A stretch of 64,000 bases of DNA from Geosiphon pyriformis uo1 (taxonomy: Eukaryota > Fungi > Glomeromycota). Positions 25,544 through 38,206 of this stretch are shown one piece after another; position 1 is the first letter of the stretch; every line of letters begins with the position of its first letter. Location of the stretch: NCBI GenBank assembly GCA_016748015.1, contig JAAOMT010000299.1:1039924-1103923 (forward strand), read 5' to 3'. The notes below the pieces were generated by a model, which saw only the letters and a program-made list of their open reading frames with translations, did not search any database and had not been told where the DNA came from. The position numbers and the translations under genes were made by a program.

Positions 25544-28500
25544 TTACACACCTAAAACAACACGCAGATTACCATTCAAACCAGAAAAAAAAGGACAAGG
25601 TCTGCAATGGCCAAAATTCACAGCAAAAGACTCTACAATACCAAGCAACCTGACCATTCTATCTGAAAGCACAGAAGACCCACAACATAAAAGACCCACC
25701 ACCAAACCATTATCACCAACTAAGCCTGCTTTTTCTATATCCACTCTAAATTTAGACCTTGTTAACCACATCTTGGATCGATGCAACTTAACCAAATACC
25801 TCACAAAGTTAACTACCACACTAGTAGCACTCTTAACATCACCAAAAATGCCAACTGTCTCTGCACACCAATCCTTAAGCACAAACTCTCTATACATGAC
25901 TGAATACAAGCTGACATTTGAATAATAAAGATTAAGAGTTCTTAAGACAGAGGAAGAAGATGGGTCACAAGCACCAGCCAAAGAAATCCAGCAAGCAGAT
26001 GCCTCCGACAAAATGTCCCCCCAAATATAAACATCCTGTGAACAGGTGAATACGTGGTCTGGCAATTCCACCTCATTACACAACAAATATTGCATGCCAG
26101 GATAACTTTTATCATATAACTTTTTACAGACAGCCACCAGCAGCCTTCTGTATAGAGTTTTATCAAGTATGTGTAAAGAATCACAGACTTATGGCTGGTA
26201 AACCCAGCAAGCATGTACAAGTCGAGATGCCAAATCTGTGTGGAAGCAATCCAATCAAAACTCTGCAACAAAGCAACTGGAATCACATCATGACCTGAAC
26301 CAGCCTCCTAATGAGCATAACAAATAGATCTATAAATATCTCTGACAAAGTAACAAGTGTTACCCAAAATTGCAGTACTTTTAGCCACCAAAAAACACTC
26401 ATAAACCCCAGCCGGCAAAGAAAGAGGAGAGCCAGTAGTCTCACCAGCCAGCGTATTTGCTCTATTATTACCAGGGACTCCAGAATGACTCTTGACCTTA
26501 ACCCAACTCACAGCGAGATCTTTATTTTTAATCAAATTGGCAATATATTTTCTCTCAATTCAACAATGATTGCAAAAATCAGGAACAGCAAAAGCTAATT
26601 TGGATACACATGCATCAATGACAGCTTGGCTGTCAAGATGCAAAACCACTGTACAGAAGGGAGGAACACATTCCAGAGCAAGAGCCATAGCCTGCAATTC
26701 TAATAAAGTTGAAGATAAAAGCCCACAAATGCCAACACCAACTCCTGAATCCAAAGCAAAAAAATAAGCAGCAGTCTCACTAATTACACTGGAGAAGCCA
26801 GCAAATTTCAACGAACTATCAGTATAAATATCAAAAGAGCCAGACCAAACTTTGAGTAAACCATCATGCACAAAAGCAAACTGTTCAGAATCCAAAATGC
26901 TACAGCCTGAAAAACCATCAGCTTTAACAGCAGCAGGTGACATTGAACTTCTATCCAGCAAAAATCTCGATGTGACATTGAACCAGTGAGGCACAGAGCC
27001 CCTGGGATCAAGCCTCTTCCAACAATAAAAAGTCTTCCAATCCATCACAGCACCTTTTTTGTCAAGGAGTCTGTTATCAAAGGCAACTCTAAAACACTTC
27101 AAAGAGTGAACACAACTAAAAAACAAGGATTTCCCCAAAATCTCAGACATAGGAAAATTACCAGGGTCCCTAAATGTACTAGGTAGAAAGCCTGCCAAAG
27201 ACAGCTTACAATCCAAAAAAATTCTGACCACACCAGCTAAAAAATTGTTCACAAAACTAATGAGCAGCTTAACTGAGAACTGCAATGGATTCAAGGGTGT
27301 CCATCCAAGAACCTGCAAATCCAAGAAGTGATGAAGAAACAACTGACCAAGAATGCCCAGAGCATTTGAAAAAGATATTACTGCAGCCACCTTACTCTCA
27401 GATTGTATCTGGTCAAAAAGCTTCAAGCCATAAAAAGAAGGATGATGTAAAGCCTTATTCAGGAAGTCACGAGGCAAGTATGTCTTAGACCTAAGGCCTT
27501 TCTTAACCAAAATGTTCCACTTGTGACATACACTAGAAGAAACAAAATTAAACTGCATTCTGTAGCTAACAATTGGCTGCAAAACAGTAGAGACCAAATA
27601 AAAATACTTTTTGTCCATAATAGCCTTCCTAAGTACAACATTGACAAAGAAATGAACATCCAAATGCGCTTTGGCCAAACTAGGTTTGGACAATCCCTTA
27701 GTCAACAAAAAGATTCCTAGATATCTGTGAGCTTTGCCTTTTTTCACTATAGAAATCGGCTGATCACTAATACTTAAAGAAGCAATCTTGACACCCTGAT
27801 TGATCGGAATAGCCACTGTTTTCTCATTGTTAATAGAAATATCATTGATTGAAAAAAATTCACTAGCAATATCAAGAGCATACTGCATGGAAGTCTGGTA
27901 ATCTCCCATCTAAATCATTGTTATCAGAGGTTTTTGGTCTCTTTTTTTGAATGTTGTAAATGTCTGTTGGTTGCAAATTCATGTTTTCTAGAAGTAGTTG
28001 AATCTCCAATAACTGAATTTATCTTCAAATTATCTCCTATAATTTGAACTGCTAGGCTTATAAGTAAAATGGCCAATTTCTTGCCAGTTATTTTATGTAG
28101 TTATGTTGTAGTAAACATTAACTCTTTCCCAGGAATTGCTCGTCTAGAAGCTCACTAAAAAAAATGTGTAGTTACTTTGCTGTGAAAGTCAACTCTTCTA
28201 CAGGAATCTTGTCTGTAGACTACCCTAATAATTGTAATAAGAAAAGAAAAGAAAAATAAAAGAAATGTAAAAGAAATAGAATTCTGTTAAGGAAAACGTT
28301 TTCTATTCAGGCCTGGAGTCATTAACAGTTTACTGAAATTGGTAGCTAATCAATTTCAAAATGTTAGTTGGGTTCTTGGGGATTTTCCAAGTGCAAATAA
28401 TTAAAGAATTTGGTTTTTTGAATTATTTGATATTTATTTTTTTTTGTGTGTGTAGAAATGGTTCTAAGTGATAAAACTAAAGTAAGATACATTTTCTTGA

Positions 28501-31210
28501 AGAGAAAAGCTCTTCTTTTATACAACTTGTTGTAGTACTAGTCTATGAACTTGCACTTTTTCTTTTGCTCAAATTTCAGCAAACTAAAGATATATTTTGA
28601 TGAACTACAAGTTATTTTGCTGAACTATTGATTAATTTGGGTGAACTATTCTTAATTTCAGCAAATTTCTGTAAATTTCAGCGAATTTTAGAATGTTACA
28701 AAGTTCAGAGTATTGTGTAATTTGATCATCCTACTTTCTGTTATACTAATTAGATTATTTTAATTGAATTGTGATATGTGATAATTGATTAAATAATAAA
28801 TGATAATTTGAAATGATATTAATATACTAATTAATTATAGAAATTATAAGAGTAATTTTATGCTAATTAATAGCTAAAATTCTACTGGTAACATCGTATT
28901 ATCCACAAAAGCACCAGCAACCAAAAAGAATGACATTCCACCATTATTTTTAATTCTGCCAGTCTTTGTCACAAAATTAGTATCAATCCTGTATCCACAT
29001 AAATGTTCATACCTCTTAATCTCACACAAGAGTAGATCATAGAAGATCCTCCAGAGAAGGGAAAAGAAAACTTCATCTTGATCCAAATCATTGTGTACAC
29101 GATAGCCATCCTATAGACCAAAATTTGTCATAACCCTATTAATTCTATCATTATGTATGCCTTTGAAGAAACTAATAAATTTGCTGTACATCTTAATGTG
29201 TTTCAAGCTCACTTCTAAGTAAGACCACCCAACCGAGTTATATGCTTTATGCATATCTTGTAACACCAGCCAAAGTTCACAATTCTTCTCCAAAGCATCC
29301 TTAACTACTGAGCTGACAGCAAAAACTGGAGACTGTGTAGACATACTCTTTAAAACAGAGAAATTATCACCACAAAGAACACCAAACTTGCTGCAAGCGG
29401 ATGAAATTCTGTTAAAAAGAATCTTAGAGAGAATCTTCTTTGCAGTCTCGATTAATGCAATAGACTGAGTGTTTGTAAGAACCCCATTCCAGTCATAAGG
29501 CTTTAGAATCATTGACACCCATGCTCTCCTCCATAAAGTAGACATCTCACCAATAATTACACATGTATTCAACAGCTCCAGAAGGCAATCCAATACCACA
29601 TTGCCACTATGTTTCCACAATTTATTAGGAATGCCAGACAAGCCAGCAGTCTTGCCATTAGGAAGATTATTAACCACTGAGAGCAGCTCATCCAAACTGA
29701 TTTCACACATTACTCCAGAAAAAACATTGTTCTGCACATAATCCAAAGGCGCATATTGGCAAGCCCAGAGATTAGGCATCGCTATAAGTATCACCTGCTT
29801 TTTTGTACATCCCGCCATGATCTCATCCACTTTAGACTTCACCTCTTCAGGTTCCAGAACCAAGCCTCCATCAACCACCAAATGATCAAGTACCACTTTA
29901 TGAAAAGGCCGGTCCAAAATACTTCTGATCATGTCCCCTTTATTAAAAGTGAAACTCTCCATGCGTTTTTCTATAGCTTTTCTAACAGAAGCCTCTTCAG
30001 CTATCCTTGATTCAAACATTTTTGATTTTCTGTATTCCTTGTGAAATAAAAACAGATGCTTAAGAAGAACCCCATTATCCTTACCCAATCTAACCAAATT
30101 AGAGAATGCGCAAGCTTTGTCTTCATCCAAAGTGGACCATTTTTTTATGAAACAGACAACTTCAAGCATATCACCAGAGTGGACCACACCAAGAATCTTA
30201 GCGACAAGCAACTCCAACCCAAAGAACTTTGAAAAATGTTTGTTCCTAGAGCAATGAAATTCACTAAATCACAGTCTGGCAAAAATCTTATTAGCAGACC
30301 CAACCATCTCCTTTTCCAAAATCGCCCACATAGTATCCAAATCACCACCAGTTTTGGCATTAGTGAAGACATCTTTGATCAACAGAAGCCTTGCTGAAAC
30401 ACAATCCCTAAACTTATTCCACTTGGACACATCCGCATCCTTAATCTTGAACTTTCAACAATCTTTGTTAGTCTGTCTGCGCAAATTATTCAACTGAACA
30501 TCCAAAAGCCTACCCAGACCAACTAACACCATGACATTACTATGATCCGTGTCAAAAAAATTCAAAACTGACCCAATCCAATGCTCAGCAACAGTAGATA
30601 ACAGACTCTCATTAACTAAAATATAATCAATAGTCTTTTTGATTCTTCTTGAATTGTACCACGTAGAAGCCAATGCCAATTGATGGCCAGCAAACAAATT
30701 AACCAAACCAAAACCCAGGCAAAACCTGAAACTTACACTCCTCTCAGACTCATTTTCATTAAAATTCTCACCCAAAACAACAAAATTGCTGGTATTAGCT
30801 TTAGCAATGAGAGAATTAACTTCAGACGTCTGACCAAAACAAATGCCAGAAGAGGCACCAGCATACAAACCGAGCACAATTACCGAAAGCTTGCCTTTGA
30901 ACAGAAGACACACTGAGATAACATAACCAGGGACCACCTCAATCTTAGAAACATGGTAAGTCAAAGAATTGTTTATGATTATAGCAACACCAGCACCAAG
31001 ATAACCAGCATCCAAATCAGAAGTAAAAATCTGAACCCTCTCAAATTCATTCTTGATTCATGGCCCAGAGGAAGGCCTCAACTTCATTTCAGTAACAAAA
31101 GAAACCATACTCCCAGAGCTTACATGCCAATAAACAATGTCTGCCCATTTGGCTGGAATATTGAGATCCCAAATATTACACATAGCAAACTTCCAAATTA
31201 GGTCATTCAT
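25544..31210 (-). pseudogene. LINE-B ORF2 (APE-RT-RNaseH)
   Basis: LQDMHKAYNSVGW, GAFVDNT, IYTDSS, KVKSHSGVPGN. Interrupted by the solo LTR, in-frame stops and one frameshift near 26160. Confidence 0.92.
27919..28893 (-). mobile_element. Solo LTR (975 bp) of a second LTR family
   Basis: Termini TGTTATCAG...CTGGTAACA and a 4-bp TSD TCAT/TCGT (one CpG transition apart). Removing it rejoins the LINE-B RT at FVDNT. A TATAAAA box on the minus strand near 28520 suggests the orientation. Confidence 0.88.
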
Positions 31211-33044
31211 TTGGAGAAAAAATGTGAAGGAGCACCCAAACTAGAACACAAGCCATCCAAACATGCTAACACCGAACCAATAGAAGCCTCCAAAGATGCC
31301 AACTTAGACTCCAAGCCACCCACTTTGCCAGTGAGAATCCTGGAGTTACTAGAACTGAAAACATGCACACCAACATCAACAGTAGAAGAAAAAGAAGTAG
31401 ACAGTATCAAAGTGCATTCCAAAACCATATTCGAGCCTGAACCTGAAGCCAAAGATGCAGAAGCATCAGGAGGAGAGACAAAAGAGGAAGATACCAAAGG
31501 CACCAGTCCAGCACTATCAAGATGTCTAACAATAGTAGACACCAGATCAGAAAGAAGCTCAAGTGAGTGTTTCAAAGAGACCAAACATTCATTTAAAGAA
31601 GAAACATTACCAATATCACAATAAGAAGAAGAAAGCAGATTTGAGCTGGGACCAGCAAAAAAACCATGAGAGAGGGGAGAAACCACTGAAACCACTTGGG
31701 CCCAGGACTTTCCACCAAAGGCAACAGGGTGGAAGATAGGAACCTTCTTTTTTTTATATAACTTGGCCAGCTGGAGATGTCTCTCTTCAGAAACAAAACC
31801 TTTAAAAGACTTAACCAAAGATGACAATGGCATAGAACCAACTGGAATGTCACACTTAAGAGCTGAATGCCCAAAATGTCCACACTTCCAACACCGAACC
31901 AAATCCAATCTAGCTCATGAGAGCCACCCACTACCAAAAACAGACTCAGTACAAAATGTTAAATCCAAATCTTTCTCAGATTCAAAGCCAACCACAGCAC
32001 ACCAAAACCTATTGTCAGTGTCCAAAGATCGATTGATGATACAAGTCTTACCACCAGCCCTATCCAAAAGAATACCAAGATCATGTACAGTTGTTTCCAC
32101 TGGCAAAGTAAACAAAAGTGCTCTAAAACAGTCTCTTGATGCCCAGATATCACAATCTCCCACAGCTTTTGCCACATGTACTGAGTCTTTTCTGATCAGA
32201 AATGACTATCTTGACGCCAACAGATCAGCCTGACTTGATTTGGCAAATTCCACCACAGCTTTTTGCCACATACCAATTAACTGAATTTTGATTGATTTAA
32301 TATTACCAAATTCGGCAACTGCAGTGATGATCATTTTCTTTGGTGTATCTATGGGAATTTCCTTGATTACTATGGCCCAATTTGAACGCACTTCTGATTT
32401 CTTGAGATCAGTGTTTATGACAATCTCTTTTTCTCTGGCCAAAGATGCAGCCATATTCATGCTTTTTTCAGAAGTAAAGGTAAATCGGATGATCTCTTTA
32501 AATTTTGAGGGAGTAGTGGCCCCCCCAAAACCATTGACCAATGAAAAAAATTTTCTAATTAACTGAGTTTTTACCATTGTCGAATTCCCTTTTATAGCAC
32601 TAAGATTGATATCAAGAGCAAAAGATTTTTTGACAGACACCTCAATCTGATTTTAACAATTTTAGGGTCAATCCATTTTCTTTTCAGAGAGATTGAAAGG
32701 TGAGAAGGAAGAAAAACATCTTTATCATTATCCATGACAAAATTAGGAAAACCAAGAAGTGAACCAAAAATGGCACCAGTATTAATATACTTGGCTTTAG
32801 AAATATTGGCAGCTGAATCCAGAAGAGACCCAATATTAATGCTGGTCATGTTAGTATCTTCCTCGTCACCAGACACATTATCCACATTAGAAAACACACT
32901 GTTACCAAGCTTAGACCTGTTCAGAGAAATATTCTTTTTATCACTTGAGTGTTTAACATTCCCAAGCACAACTCTCTTTTTCTGCAAAAAGAAACCACCA
33001 GTAGGACCATGAAAAGCACCCTTTGGTGCCTTCTTTTTAGACAT
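31207..33044 (-). pseudogene. LINE-B ORF1 (CCHC knuckle)
   Basis: Starts MSKKKAPKG and contains CWKCGHFGHSALKC; homologous to LINE-A ORF1. Confidence 0.88.
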
Positions 33045-33353
33045 GTTGCTACTAGAGGCAGTCTTCAGATCTACGAAAAAGAGGTTATTAGAAAGAAAAA
33101 TTATAAAATACTAACAAGGAAAAAATAAAAAACTTCTTTATCAAAAAAGCGCTTTTTGAGAATTTGTGGATATAAGAGAAAAAAAAGTTTTTTTAATAAT
33201 AGTATTTAACAAGTTCTAAACATTCTTGTTTTTTAAAATTTATAAGTATAAAGAATTTTTTAACTTTTTTAATTTTTTTAAAATCTAGTTTAATTTTAGT
33301 TTTTTTGATAATATAAGTTAAAGTGTAATTTTAATTTTTCAAAAAACATTTGT

Positions 33354-33733
33354 CAGCATTGAATTTAAGTTTAGTTAGGACTTCTAACAAGTCAAATTGG
33401 GTTGAGTCTTGGTCTGACTTAGATTTGACTTGGAAATTTTCATTTTTAAGAAATCAAGTCAAGTTTAATAGCTTATGACCTAACTCAATTCATTATATAT
33501 TACATGTAAAAATTTTATTGGTAAAATTTTATTTTTAATTAATAGAAAGAATAATAACTAATTATCTGTTATTTTTCAAGTTAAAAAGAGCTAAATTGAA
33601 ATTTAATCTACTTATATATAAGACTTGATGAGTTGAGTCAAATTATGAGATTTTAATTTGCATTAGAATAACTCAAATTTTTATAAATCAAGTATTGAGT
33701 CAAAAAGAATCAATTTAACTCTTTCAAAGCTTT
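33354..33733. mobile_element. Possible decayed MITE-like element with subterminal GACTTG/CAAGTC/GAGTC repeats
   Basis: Clustered GAGTC, GACTT and CAAGTC motifs in both orientations; only loose terminal inverted similarity. Confidence 0.35.
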
Positions 33734-34393
33734 AAGTTCAGTATTTTAAAAATAATTAAAAACTTATTGCAAATAAAAAAAATAATTACCAAAAATTTTG
33801 GAAAATATATTGGTATTATTTAGATAAACAATTACAAATTTCCATAAGAGTTTTTGTAGACAATATTCATAAAACATTAAAAGATTGCTAAAATATTACA
33901 TAATTCAAATAACATAACATTGAACTTAAAATTTTTATTTTAAATAATAAAAGCAGTTTTTAACTTATTAATATTTACTGGTTAAATTGAGTATAAAAAA
34001 TTGTTTTTTGTTTTTTAAATAACAATTATTATAAATAACACTCTTGATTTTTTAATAATTAATACAAAATTTTATTTTTTTATTTTTTTTTGATATCTAA
34101 AAAAACAGATAAAAACCATAAACTTAAAGATTTTTAATTAAGTTATTGTCTAATATTTGCTATATTTCTATTTTAATAATTTACATAATATTATATTAAG
34201 TTTTTAATTATTAATATATTATTTATATTAGTAAAAAAATATTTAAAAATTAGTTAAATTTGGCTTTATTGTATTTAGTTTATGTAAATTAGTCTGTTTT
34301 AAGTTTATGATATATATTGATGATTATATAAAAAATTTTGGTTTTCTTAAATTAGTTAAAAAACTGCTGTTTTTTTATAAGTATAAAGATAAA

Positions 34394-35590
34394 TGTTATT
34401 ATTAGAGATTTTTATTATCTTTCTTTAATATTGTTAATAAAAGCTGTTAAATTTTCTTTAAGTTAATTTATCTTCAAAGTATCTTTTTATATTTTGAATT
34501 GTTTGTGCTATTAGGTTTATGATAAAATAACCAGTTTTATGCTAATTACTTTGTATAGTTATTTTGTAATAAAAATTTTTAATTGTAGACTTTTTAATTA
34601 CATGTATTTATTTTGCTATAAAAATCAACTTTTTACAAAATATTTTGACTATAAATATCTAAATAATATAAAAAAATAATCATCTTGGTTTTCCAGCAGT
34701 ATTGTAAAATTGCTTGGGATTGCAAAGAGATTTGGTGTTTATTTCAGATTACATAAATTATGCACATTCTTTTCAGGTGTTGATGGTAAAGTTTCAGTTA
34801 GAATAGATTAATAGTGTTGCTCTAATTAGTCCAAGTGGCTGGTTATATATAGAAAGTACATGATTTATACTTAGTTTAAATCATTTTGTTAATGTATTAT
34901 ACTAAATAGTATATAGGTCTTACTCATTAAATAATAATAAAAAAAGTAAAAAGTAAAAAAAAAATAGATAAAAAAAAGATTAATAAAAATGTTTTTTATT
35001 CAAATATAAAATTAACTAAATTATTATAGAATTAATAAGTAACTAATTTTAAAATATTAATCAAGATTTGTAAATTTTAAAACAATAATTATAAATAAAA
35101 TTTGTGTTTCAAAATAAAGATTTAATGTTTAAAAACTATAAAAAAATCAATATTTATTCTTAAAAAAAAAATTTTTTTTTTATATAACTTGTTATAATAC
35201 TATTCTAAGTTTTAGTACTTTTTTTTGCTAATATTTTAATAAACTAAATATATATTTTGGCATATTACAAATTATTTTAATAAACTATTAAGTATTTTAG
35301 TAAACTGTTAAATATTTTAACAAATTTTTAAATATTACATATTTTAAAACTAGTTTTATTAAAATTTAAGTATTATTTGTAATTTTTAGATAATAATCCA
35401 AAATTATTAAAGTAATTTGGTTTAAGAATTGTTGAAATCTTAATTATATAAGCTTTTTAATATTTTACAAGCCAAAAATATAATATCTTTATGCAAAAAA
35501 TTACAATATATATTATGAAAATTAGTATTAAAATTATATAAAAAGAACTATATTATTAAAGTTAATTTAACAAATATCAATTAACAACAA
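34394..35590 (-). mobile_element. Decayed copy of the 27919-28893 LTR family (same orientation), interrupted by a LINE fragment
   Basis: Collinear blocks shared with 27919-28893 (AATTTATCTTCAAA; TTTGCTATAAAAATCAACT; TATATAACTTGTTATAATACT...GCTAATATTTT). The right end is approximate. Confidence 0.7.
34681..34945 (+). mobile_element. 5'-truncated LINE (LINE-D: ORF2 tail, 3'UTR, A-tail)
   Basis: Encodes SSIVKLLGIAKRFGVYFRLHKLCTFFSGVDG (cf. DGVVKLLGVVEVFGVCFG in LINE-A), followed by the family 3'UTR. Confidence 0.85.
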
Positions 35591-36939
35591 AAAAGTAAGA
35601 AATTAACAATTAATTAAATTATAATCAAATTATGATACAGTTCAATTAAAAATTCAAATAAAATAAAAAAATTAAGAAATACTAATAAAAATTAATAATT
35701 AATATATGTAATCTGATAACAATAGATTTTGTTATGCTTTAAAATTTTTATATATCTTTATTTAAACAATTTATAATTTCAAATTAGTAATTATTATTCA
35801 AAAATAATTATCAAAAAATATAATCAATTAATCTGCTTTTAATTATATTAATTATAATTAATATTATTAATATACAATTAATGTTTTAAATTAAATAATT
35901 TAAATCTGATTATTAAAATCATTAACTTTTGGGAAAATAACATGTTAAAAAAGATTAAACTAAATTAATTAATTTAATAATTAATGTATTTAAAATAATA
36001 TTAATATAATATATAAATTTTATGGAATTTAATTATCTTTTTTATTTTTTTATAAATAATTAGTTTTAATTATATTATTTTTTATTATATTATAAAAAAA
36101 TAATTTTATTATAATTTTACTTAAATAAAATAAAGTAATATAACAAATATCTTATAAAAACATATTAATTAAATATTTAAATAACATTATTTCTAATTTA
36201 TGTTTACTATTTTATAACTTCTTAATAACTTTTTTTATTATTTTTTAAATTGAATATTTAAAAATCACATTTATTTGAAAAAATTCTGGTTTAACTTTAA
36301 AACAATAATTTTGGTTGCTTTTTAATAATTCAATTTGTTTTTTATATTTTTAGTGAAAGTTAATTATTATTTTTAACTATAAACTTTAAGCTGATTGTTG
36401 TCTAAAAATAAATATTGATAATATTATGATTTTTTTTACTTAACAAATTTTTTTATGAATTTATGTGCTTTTTTTTTGTATATTGTAAAATAAATTTATA
36501 TAACTATGTATATATTATAATTAAAATAATAATATGATATAACACAATCATATTAAATTTTAAAAAAATAATTATTATTCAATTTTTAATATATTTAAAA
36601 AAAATTTATTTACAATTAAATTCTGTTTAAAACTTTAAATTTTTGTTTATAATAGATGTAAATTAGCTAAAAATATTTTAAAGTTGTTGTATTAGAAATA
36701 ATTATCAGTTTAAATAAACATTTGCTATATTAAATATTTAGAAAAGCACTAAATATTATTGAAATTTTTTTTTTAATATTGTTAATACCAAATTGTTGTT
36801 AATTCTGTTATTAATAAAAGCTGTTAAATTTTTAATAAGCTAATTTATGTTCAAAATATTTTTTATATTTTAAACTGTTTGTGTTATTGAATTTATAATA
36901 CTAGTTTTGTGCCAATTATTTTATATAGTTGTTTTGCAA

Positions 36940-37841
36940 TATTATTAACAAAAAATTGAGTTATTAATTATAATAAAATTATTTTTATAATCTTAATTAT
37001 TAATTAGTATATATTATTGTTTTAATTTATCACTTATTATTTAATTAAAATATTAAGTATTACTATTCAATTAATAATCTAATTTATACAATATATAATA
37101 GTAACTAAGTATAATAATTAGATTATACAATATTCCAAATTATATAACATTTAAAAATTCATCAAAATATTTAAAAATTCAATAAAAAATTCAATAATTT
37201 ATAGAAATAACTTGTGGTTTGCCGAAATATATCTTTAGTTTACTAAAATAATAGCAAAAAAAAGTGTTAGATTATAAAATAGTATTATAACAAGTTGTAT
37301 AAAAAAAAACTTCTTTTTTCGAAAAAATATATCTTAGTTCAGAATAATTAATTAGTTACAACCAAGCAATTCAAAAAAAACCACTTTGAAAACCAAATTT
37401 TTTTATAATTATTATTACTCAAAATTTATAAACTCTAATTAATATTTTAAAATTAATTAATTACCAATTTAAAGTTTGAATAAAAGATTATTTTTTTTAT
37501 ATTTTTATTCACTTTAATTTTTTTTATTTTTTTTCATATTATTAAGTAATCTATAGTTAAGATTTTTATAGAAAAATTGATTTTTACAGCAAAGTAACTA
37601 TATATTATTAAAGAACTTATTGTTAAAAATATTTGTAAAAAAATTGACTTTTATTGCAAAGCAATTATAACATAAAATTGGTTATTCTATTATAAACTCA
37701 ACAATACAAAATAATTCAAAGTATAAAAAGATACTTTGAAGATAAATTAGTTTATTAAAGATTTATAAGCTTTTATTAACAGTAGATTTGACAATAATTT
37801 AGCATTATTAATATAAAAAAAAACTAAAATCTTTAATGACA
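36940..37841 (+). mobile_element. Inverted solo LTR of the same family nested in the previous copy
   Basis: Collinear with the reverse complement of 27919-28893 from end to end (ends ...CTTTAATGACA). The flanks GCAA/ATAG both derive from GCAG by transitions. Confidence 0.7.
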
Positions 37842-37894
37842 ATAGTAAAAATTAATTTTTATATAAAAAAAGTTTGGTTTTTTAAAATAAAAAT

Positions 37895-38206
37895 TTATTT
37901 TATTAATGGGATAATTTTTATCCAATCACTCTTGAGCATTTACTTTTTCTTTGCTGCGTCTCAATTCGCCCTTGTGAGAAAACATAACGTTACTGTATCT
38001 TCAATCCCATGTTCTGAAAATTATTTGGGAGTTTTATTACATCTTTTTAATCATTCGGCATAATAAACATCGGTTGGTTGTAAACCGCTCTTTAACCACT
38101 CTTTGGTTTGATTATTATCAAACCCATTTTTTTCTCACTTGTGTTGCAATTCTGGTGCAAGACCTAGGTGAGTGTTTTTCCAATTATTTGAACAATTATC
38201 ATATTT
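37895..38206 (-). pseudogene. Fragment resembling Mollicutes-related endobacterium (Ca. Moeniiplasma) protein genes, TGA=Trp
   Basis: NWKNTHLGLAPELQHK(TGA)EKNGFDNNQTKEWLKSGLQPTDVYYAE(TGA)LKRCNKTP and, after a frameshift, VNAQE(TGA)LDKNYP. Six CpGs are retained in nearly CpG-free surroundings. Confidence 0.7.

Larger units (their letters stand above)
25403..33196 (-). mobile_element. Full-length LINE-B (same family, ~6.8 kb net) containing a solo LTR
   Basis: ORF1/ORF2 homologous to LINE-A, A-rich tail at 25403-25415, and a 12-bp TSD TAATAGTATTTA at 25391-25402 and 33197-33208. Confidence 0.95.

Noticed and set aside
25512-33012. Many plus-strand ORFs over LINE-B (and minus-strand ORFs over LINE-A)
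   Set aside because: Antisense shadows of retrotransposon coding sequence with no independent motifs.
37836-38063. 75-aa plus-strand ORF
   Set aside because: A chimera of LTR sequence and the antisense of the code-4 fragment.
37910-38200. GATAATT...AATTATC ends read as MITE terminal inverted repeats
   Set aside because: Only a 7-bp AT-rich match with no TSD; the protein-motif reading explains the island better.
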